Shown: positions 11,001 to 18,200 of the stretch, one piece after another
How the letters are laid out: every line of letters starts with the position of its first letter
Numbering within the stretch: the stretch's first letter is position 1
NCBI GenBank assembly: GCA_947468275.1
Contig: CANIKO010000003.1
Span: 157,193 to 221,192, forward strand
Direction: 5' to 3'
Source: Bacteroidota bacterium
Lineage (GTDB): Bacteria > Bacteroidota > Bacteroidia > NS11-12g > UBA9320
DNA: 64,000 nt
Notes under the pieces: generated by a model
The model's database searches: none
Told to the model about the DNA's origin: nothing
What the model saw: the letters and a program-made list of their open reading frames with translations, nothing else
Made by a program: the position numbers and the translations under genes

Positions 11001-11447
11001 GGAGAATCCAACGGATTTGTATTTGTAAAAGTTAATGGTGGTACTTTGCCTTACACTTATCGATGGAATGGGAATTCTGCAAATAATAATGATACTTTAT
11101 TAAAGGTACCGGTGGGTATTTATACCATTAGTGTTGCCGACGGTAATGGATGCACTCAGGCAGATACATTCCAGGTATTAGAAGCTCCTTCTACTTCATT
11201 AATTCGATTAGGTCCAAATCCAACTGACGGAATTCTTACCGTATTTGATTTAGAAGCCTTCGGTTTAGATTTACCAATTCATTTTGAATTATGGGATATG
11301 AATGGAAAACTTCGAATGAAATTTGAAATTCAGGGATTGGATCTTTATTCCTTTAATTTAAATGATTCATTATATGACAACGCTTATATGCTCAGAATTT
11401 ATAATGACAGATATGAAGAAACCAGAAAGATATATCTGTTAAGGTAA
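5070..11447 (+). CDS. T9SS-secreted multidomain protein. Order: signal peptide, propeptide, M4 thermolysin-like zinc metalloprotease domain, Cys-rich middle region, about 11 SprB-type repeats, T9SS C-terminal sorting domain.
   Basis: Signal '[25 protein letters not shown]'. Zinc site '[10 protein letters not shown]' (HExxH) followed by '[12 protein letters not shown]' (the M4 third-ligand Glu motif). Repeated modules '[10 protein letters not shown]...[31 protein letters not shown]' are SprB-repeat-like. C-terminus '[13 protein letters not shown]...YMLRIYND' resembles Por_Secre_tail. Confidence 0.85.
   Translation: [2125 protein letters not shown]
9124..9520 (+). repeat. Perfect intragenic tandem duplication. 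142 bp are identical between 9124..9265 and 9379..9520 (offset 255 bp, which is 85 codons, one SprB-type repeat unit).
   Basis: Both copies read 'taaaatgttatggtaattccacagggtcgatagatttaacagtaaccggcggaacaacaggatatacttatgcatggacagcgacaagcggtggcgtggttccatcgggacagtccactaatcaggatttgacaggattggt'. Both encode '[47 protein letters not shown]'. Confidence 0.85.
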
Positions 11448-11466
11448 AGTCTAATATTGCTTTAAC

Positions 11467-11503
11467 AAAAAGAGGCACCCATTGTTGGGTGCCTCTTTTT
11501 GTT
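11467..11503 (+). terminator. Rho-independent terminator downstream of the M4/SprB gene.
   Basis: Perfect hairpin 'agaggcaccca-ttgt-tgggtgcctct' followed by 'tttttgtt', 20 nt after the stop codon. Confidence 0.6.
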
Positions 11504-11682
11504 AACATTGGACACCATATTTTTAACCATAACTTAAGACTAAGGTTTTATTGCTTTTAATTTCAGATAGTTATTTAGCGGCGTGATAAATGACTTTTTT
11601 CAAAGATTAAAATTCGGAGTTATTCAATTTCTTATTCGATTTATTTTTAATGATTTCTATTCAGGATTAAAGCATTAAAAAG

Positions 11683-12513
11683 ATGATGAAACGAAAAGTA
11701 AGGTTAGCCGTAGTCTCAGATGTTCATTTGGGTACCTATGGATGTCATGCTAAAGAATTAAAACATTATTTAGAATCTATTGCCCCTGAAATATTGATTC
11801 TAAATGGCGATATTATTGACATTTGGCAATTTAGTAAAAGCTATTGGCCCAAAAGCCACATGAAAGTGATAAGGCAAATTTTAAAGCTTTCAGAAAATGG
11901 GACGAAAGTTTATTACATACCTGGCAACCATGATGAAATGCTTCGAAAATTTGAAGGATTACAATTAGGAAATATTGCTGTTTGTAATAAAGTAATATTA
12001 GAACTAAATGGTAAAAAAGCCTGGTTTTTTCACGGTGATGTGTTCGACGTTTGCATGCAGCATAGTAAATGGCTTGCTAAATTGGGAGCGAAGGGTTATG
12101 ACCTATTGATCTTAATAAACCGATTTGTAAATTTTTTACTTAGAAAAATGGGTCGACGCAAAATATCATTATCAAAACGGGTAAAAAATAGTGTGAAGAG
12201 TGCCGTAAAATTTATCAATAATTTTGAAATAACCTGCGCCAATATTGCCATTGAAAATAAGTATGATTATGTGGTTTGTGGTCATATCCATCAACCTGAA
12301 ATACGTGAAATTGAAACCAAAGAAGGTAAAGTTACCTACCTTAATTCAGGGGATTGGATAGAAAATTTAACTGCCTTAGAGTATAATAAAGGTAAATGGG
12401 AGCTCATTAAAATGGATGAATTAATTACAGACACGGAAGAAGAACATCATACGGATAAAAATAATAAACAACTCTACAACGAATTGTTAAAAGAATTTAA
12501 CATAGCCTCTTAA
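11683..12513 (+). CDS. Metallophosphoesterase of the LpxH-like (UDP-2,3-diacylglucosamine diphosphatase-like) calcineurin superfamily.
   Basis: Motifs 'VVSDVHLG', 'NGDIIDIW', 'IPGNHDE', 'FHGDVFD', 'CGHIHQP' and 'NSGDW' appear in the order and spacing typical of LpxH/YbbF-type phosphoesterases. Confidence 0.65.
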   Translation: MMKRKVRLAVVSDVHLGTYGCHAKELKHYLESIAPEILILNGDIIDIWQFSKSYWPKSHMKVIRQILKLSENGTKVYYIPGNHDEMLRKFEGLQLGNIAVCNKVILELNGKKAWFFHGDVFDVCMQHSKWLAKLGAKGYDLLILINRFVNFLLRKMGRRKISLSKRVKNSVKSAVKFINNFEITCANIAIENKYDYVVCGHIHQPEIREIETKEGKVTYLNSGDWIENLTALEYNKGKWELIKMDELITDTEEEHHTDKNNKQLYNELLKEFNIAS

Positions 12514-12515
12514 CC

Positions 12516-13616
12516 ATGAAAATATTATATGCTATACAAGGAACCGGAAACGGCCACATTACTAGAAGTATTAGTATAATTAATGAACTCCAAAAACGAG
12601 CCGATGTTGATGTTTTGGTTAGTGGCATACATAATGAATTAAAATTACCAATTGAAGTTAAGTATAATTTTAAGGGACTTGGATTTGTATTTGGACAAAA
12701 AGGTGGAATTAATTATAAGCAAACGTTCAAGCAAAACAATCTTTCCACCTTTTTTAAAGAAATAAAACAATTACCCGTTGAGAATTACAATTTTGTAGTG
12801 AGTGATTTTGAACCTGTTTCGGTTTGGGCAGCTTCCAAAGTTGGTATCCCAACTATTGGTATCAGTAATCAGGTTTCAGTATTGCACCCAAAAATAAAAA
12901 AGCCATGGCCTCCAATTTCTGTTAGTAGGGTTTTTATGGAAAATTATGCTCAATGCCAATACAATATCGGATTTCATTTTGAGGCTGTGGATGAGCACAT
13001 AGTAACTCCAGTAATTCGAGATGAAATACGATTGGGTTTGAATACAAATGAAGGCCACGGATTGGTTTATCTGCCTTTTTATAGCGATGAAATAATTTAT
13101 AAAGCTTTAAAAAAAGTTGGTAATTTTAAATGGATAGTCTTTTCTAAGCACTCAAAAAAAGCTTATAAAAAAGGCGATGTTCAATTTGAGCCTGTAAATG
13201 GGCATCTGTTTAATGAGAAACTTTTGAGTAGCCATATTGTTTTGACTGCTGCTGGATTCGGAACCACTTCTGAAGCGTTACATTTAGGGAAAAAGATGAT
13301 TGTTATCCCAATGAAAGGACAATATGAGCAAAAATTTAACGCTTATACCCTTCAGAAATTTGGGGTTAAAGTTCTTAAATCATTGGAATCAAATGATGCA
13401 CCAATTTTAATTAATAAAGTTTTAAATAGCACTGCTTCTTTCAAAATGAATTACCCAGATAACGCCAAAATAATTTCGGATAAGGTTATTGATTTATACA
13501 ATGGTCCAATATTAGAAAGTTTTGCTTCCAAATTATATAGTAAAAATGAACCATTGGATTATTATTTTAACTCGCCCAATATAAATCGTGATAATTCAGG
13601 AACGCTTTCCTTCTGA
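12516..13616 (+). CDS. Glycosyltransferase of the MJ1255-like / GT28 C-terminal-domain-like family (UDP-glycosyltransferase fold).
   Basis: N-terminal 'MKILYAIQGTGNGHITRS' matches the conserved start of the MJ1255/TIGR00661-type family. The gene starts 2 nt after the upstream stop, which indicates coupling. Confidence 0.5.
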   Translation: MKILYAIQGTGNGHITRSISIINELQKRADVDVLVSGIHNELKLPIEVKYNFKGLGFVFGQKGGINYKQTFKQNNLSTFFKEIKQLPVENYNFVVSDFEPVSVWAASKVGIPTIGISNQVSVLHPKIKKPWPPISVSRVFMENYAQCQYNIGFHFEAVDEHIVTPVIRDEIRLGLNTNEGHGLVYLPFYSDEIIYKALKKVGNFKWIVFSKHSKKAYKKGDVQFEPVNGHLFNEKLLSSHIVLTAAGFGTTSEALHLGKKMIVIPMKGQYEQKFNAYTLQKFGVKVLKSLESNDAPILINKVLNSTASFKMNYPDNAKIISDKVIDLYNGPILESFASKLYSKNEPLDYYFNSPNINRDNSGTLSF

Positions 13617-14952
13617 TTTTATATGGGGCACCGCCACTTCGGCTGCGCAAACTGAAGGTTTCCCGCAAGCCGATGGGTCAGGGCTTTCTATTTGGGATGA
13701 TTTTTCTTTACGTAAAGGCAAAATAAAAAATAATCATAACAATCAAATAGGTTGTAATTTTTATACCCATTACAATGATGATATTGAGATAATAAAGAAA
13801 CTGGAAATTCCGAATTTTAGATTTTCAATTGCCTGGCCAAGAGTATATCCTATGGGTTATGGTCATGTCAATCACCCAGGTTTGGATTTTTACAAGAGGC
13901 TTATTGATAAATGCCTTGAAAATAATATTCGCCCTTGGGCTACAATTTACCATTGGGATTTACCTGCAGCCCTTGAAAGTAAGGGTGGATGGACTAATCG
14001 AAATATTATAAATTGGTTTAAGGATTACGTTTTGACAATTGCTATGCACTTGGGAGATAGAGTGAAAGACTGGATAGTGCTTAATGAGCCCATGGCTTTT
14101 ACTGGTGCAGGCTATTTTTTAGGTTTGCATGCTCCGGGCCGAATGGGTATGGGGAATTTTATTCCAGCTATGCATCATGCGACAATTTGCCAGGCCGAAG
14201 GTGCAAGAATCTTGAGAACCGAAGTTAGTAATGCCAATATTGGTACCTCATTTTCCATGTCTCAGGTGGAACCATTAACTCAAAATCCGGCTGATATCAT
14301 TGCATCCGAAAAAATACATGCTTTGCTAAATCGGCTTTTTTTAGAGCCGGCCTTGGGCTATGGTTATCCAATAAAAGAACTTCCATTTTTACAAAAAGTG
14401 GAACGTTATATGCGCCAGGGCGATGAAAAACGAATGCAGTTTGACTTTGATTTTATAGGAGTTCAAAATTATACCCGTGAAATTGTGGCTGCGAATTGGT
14501 ATACGCCGTATTTACATGCTCGCATTGTTCCGGCCAAATTGCGCAATGTAGCACTTACAGCCATGGATTGGGAAATTCACCCTCCAGCGTTACATCACGT
14601 TTTAAAATTTGCCGCCAGTTATGATAAAGTAAAAAGCATAATTGTATCAGAAAACGGCGCAGCATTTCATGAACCTCAACCTTACCAAGGCGAACCAGAT
14701 ACCAACCGAATTGAATTTTTGAAGCAAAATGTATATCAGTTACAAAAAGCACTTTCAGAAACGGACAAGATTAAGGGGTATTTTGTATGGAGTTTATTGG
14801 ATAACTTTGAGTGGGCCGAGGGTTTTAACCCACGTTTTGGTTTGGTTCATGTAGATTTTGAAACCCAAAAGAGAACCATAAAGCACAGCGGTTATTGGTA
14901 CCGTAAGTTTATAATGGAACAAATGGCGCATAATCAGGCATTGGCTATATAA
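13588..14952 (+). CDS. Glycoside hydrolase family 1 beta-glucosidase (6-phospho-beta-glucosidase/beta-glucosidase type).
   Basis: GH1 N-terminal signature 'FPSDFIWGTATSAAQTEGF', acid/base 'LNEP', nucleophile 'IVSENGAA'. GTG start at 13588 overlaps the upstream gene by 29 nt. Confidence 0.85.
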   Translation: MIIQERFPSDFIWGTATSAAQTEGFPQADGSGLSIWDDFSLRKGKIKNNHNNQIGCNFYTHYNDDIEIIKKLEIPNFRFSIAWPRVYPMGYGHVNHPGLDFYKRLIDKCLENNIRPWATIYHWDLPAALESKGGWTNRNIINWFKDYVLTIAMHLGDRVKDWIVLNEPMAFTGAGYFLGLHAPGRMGMGNFIPAMHHATICQAEGARILRTEVSNANIGTSFSMSQVEPLTQNPADIIASEKIHALLNRLFLEPALGYGYPIKELPFLQKVERYMRQGDEKRMQFDFDFIGVQNYTREIVAANWYTPYLHARIVPAKLRNVALTAMDWEIHPPALHHVLKFAASYDKVKSIIVSENGAAFHEPQPYQGEPDTNRIEFLKQNVYQLQKALSETDKIKGYFVWSLLDNFEWAEGFNPRFGLVHVDFETQKRTIKHSGYWYRKFIMEQMAHNQALAI

Positions 14953-14990
14953 ATCCAGCTTTAATTATATTACTTTTTGTTTATATCGTT

Positions 14991-15024
14991 AAAACGGTTG
15001 CTTGTGAAAGTGACCGTTTTTTTG
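14991..15024 (+). terminator. Candidate intrinsic terminator after the GH1 gene.
   Basis: Stem 'aaaacggt' with a 14-nt loop and 'accgtttttttgtg'. The loop is long, so this is tentative. Confidence 0.4.
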
Positions 15025-15212
15025 TGTTTATTACATTTGAGTTTTCACCAAGATAATAGGTGATTATATTTTAAAGTTGAAGGTAATTTCAGGGAAACAA
15101 TTTAAATCATTTTTACCTTGATTGTCTCAATTTATTCAAATAATGCTGAGTTCTAATTTATATGGGAATCTTCTTGGCGGCCTTCGCTAAACCATTTTTG
15201 AAAATAACAAGC

Positions 15213-15243
15213 ATAAAAAAACCCGCCATTTACATAGCGGGCT
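15213..15243 (-). terminator. Candidate intrinsic terminator for the minus-strand phosphoesterase gene.
   Basis: Minus strand reads 'gcccgc-tatgtaaatg-gcgggtttttttt', 23 nt downstream of the stop at 15266. Confidence 0.5.
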
Positions 15244-15265
15244 TTAAATTTATAATATTGAGTAG

Positions 15266-18200
15266 TTATTGAATGATAAATTTCTTTGTTTCTCCATCGG
15301 AGGTTTTTAATAAATAAATTCCCTTAACCATATCAGAAACATTTATTTCATTTACCATGGCTCCAGTTTTTATAAGCTTTCCAGTATAATCAAATATTTC
15401 AAGCGAAATAGTTGTGCTGAAGTTAAGGGTACCCGTGTTATTTGGATTCGGATAAACCATCAGTTTGTTTTTTTTGCCATCAATATTGGCTATTGATGTA
15501 TTCACCACTCCAAACCCTTGCAATACATAATCAAATTCGGGTAGGTCAAAATCATTATTTAAAATCATTATGGAAGCTACTTTGCCGCCTAAAGATTTTG
15601 GTTCAAATTGGACGCTAATAGTTTGAGACGCATTTACAGGTATATTAATAGGAAAGGAACTAGGGCTAATTAATGAAAATTCAAGTTCATTTTCACCTGT
15701 AAATCTAATGGCGTTAACCTTTAATGTTCCAGGTCCTGCATTTTTTATTTCAAAATTTTGAAGTTTTGATTTGCCTTTTTCCACACTTCCAAAATCCGTA
15801 TTATCAATATAAATTGGAGACGCATCTCCTTTGGCTATGTATACATTATTGCCAACTACTGCTATTTTCGGGTTGGCTAATTTGGTATCCGGATTAAATA
15901 ACGCAAGTAATTGACCGCCTTCAACCAATTCAGTTGACATTGTATAATGTGCTTGATCAACAAATAAGAACATTCCAGCGCCTAAGATATCCTGAACATC
16001 AATAATTCCGGAAGTTTCCTCATCCACATTATATGGGGTAGTTGGAGCAATACCAATATCTCCGAAACGACTAACATCGTGTTTAGCTAAAAGGGTCAAT
16101 TTATCCGTGGCAATGGTATATTCCCAAACTTTTCCATTGTGGGCAGCATTCCCCACGTCTTCGTTGAGCAATATGTGACCAAAATGGTCGATAGCCATAT
16201 TGTCCAACATATTTTGACCCTCTGTTCCATCTAAAACAGCTTCTATACTTCCACCTAATTCCGGTCTGTTAATATCATCAAAGCGTAAACGCCAAACACG
16301 ACTTCGGCCAATAAGTGTTCCAACTCCGTCTGTAACCTGATCAAGCTGATCTGTTGTGTTAAAATAAAAATCCCTTAAATTGGATGGATCCCAGGCCCCA
16401 TCTTCCGGTCTTGAAAATTTTGTAACTCCTGCTGTGTTACTGGCTAAATTAAATGCAATACCTGTCATATTTTGAACGAATCCTAAATCAACTAAACTAA
16501 AGCGTGTTCCAGGGATTGGTAATGCAATATTCGAAGTTGAACTAGTTCTTTCTGCCGCGAAACCTGAAACTTGAACTCCATAAGGTTTACCGCTTGTTAA
16601 ACCGGCCTTTTCTATTTCCGTTCCAGTATTAGTTTTGGTTCCAATATAAAAGTAAACTTGACCGTCAGTACCGTCGTTGGTTAATGCTACAACAGTTTTA
16701 TTTCCTGTATTAGGAGCAGCAACTGCGTTTTCCCAAGCGGCTTTTCCAAGGGCCGGTAGTTCATATGTTGTTCCAGCATTTGCCCCTGTAACAATATGAG
16801 CCAATGCACGGCTTTCGTCATTAGTTTCTTCGCCATTCATAAAAATTCTTTCCTGTGTTCCAAGTTTTGTGATGCTATTGTAAAAGGCCGAAACAGGAGG
16901 TAAATCTGCTGAACAGAATCTTCCGAAAGCAGCTAATGCGGAAGTATTTGAAGAGTTGTATGTTTTATAGGATTTAGTTGTGGTATCCCAAAGGTTTACA
17001 TTTTTGATCAAATCTCCTCCACTAATTACACTTAGGTCGTTTTTATTGATTACCCATTTTGAAATAAATGAACCTTTTGATCCATGGGCACGAGAAACGC
17101 CCATATTATTTAGGAATTCATGATTCATTAACAGTGTAAAAGTTCCGTTTCCATTGTCAAAAGTGCCTAATCCATCAGGAGTGCCAGCCATCTTATAGTT
17201 ACCAATTGAATCTCCGGCACTAATTATCGATTTAACGGTAACGCCTGCAGCAATAGGTACAATAAATGGTGATTGTGAACTAAATGGAGTTGCACCTAAA
17301 AATGAATTTAAGGTATTAGGATTAAACAGGGTCAGCAACTGACCGCCTTCAACCAATTCAGTTGACATAGTATAATGAGCTTGATCAACGGTTAAGAACA
17401 TACCCGCGCCTAAGATATCCTGAACATCAATAATTCCTGAACTTTCTTCATCTACGTTAAATGGAGCAGTTGCAGCAATACCAACATCTCCAAAACGAGA
17501 TGCATCGTGTTTTGCGATTTTTGTTATTTTATCAGTTTTAATATTGTATTCCCAAATTTTACCATTGTGAACAGAATTCCCAACATCTTCTTGCAAGAGT
17601 ATATGACTGAATTTATCTATGGTCATGTTATCCAACATATTTTGACCTTCAGTACCATCTAACACTGCTTCAATAGTTCCTCCTTGCTCGGGCTTTGATA
17701 TATCGTCAAAATGTAAACGCCAAACACGGCTGCGGCCGATTAGAGTGCCAACACCGTCCATTACCTGGTCAATCTGGTCGGTAGTGTTGAAGTAAAAATC
17801 ATTTGGAACTGAAGGGTCCCATGCACCGTCCTCTGGGCGAGAGAACTTGGTAATTCCTAAGGTGTTGCTAGTTGCATTAAATGCAGCTCCTGACATGTTT
17901 GTAACCACTCCTAAATCAACTACACTGAAGCGTGTTCCGGCAGCAGGCAAGGCGACATTAGAAGTTGTACTTGTTCTTTCAGCGGCAAAGCCTACTACTT
18001 TAACACCCCAAGGTCTTCCATTGGTCAAGCCAGCTTTTTCAATTTCAGTTCCTGCATTAGTTTTGGTCCCAATATAGAAATAAACTTGTCCATCGGTTCC
18101 GTCATTAGTTAATCCAACAACTGTTTTATCTCCTGAATATGGACTTGCAATTGCATTTTCCCAGGCAGCCTTTCCTAAGGCAGGTAGCTCGTAACTATTG

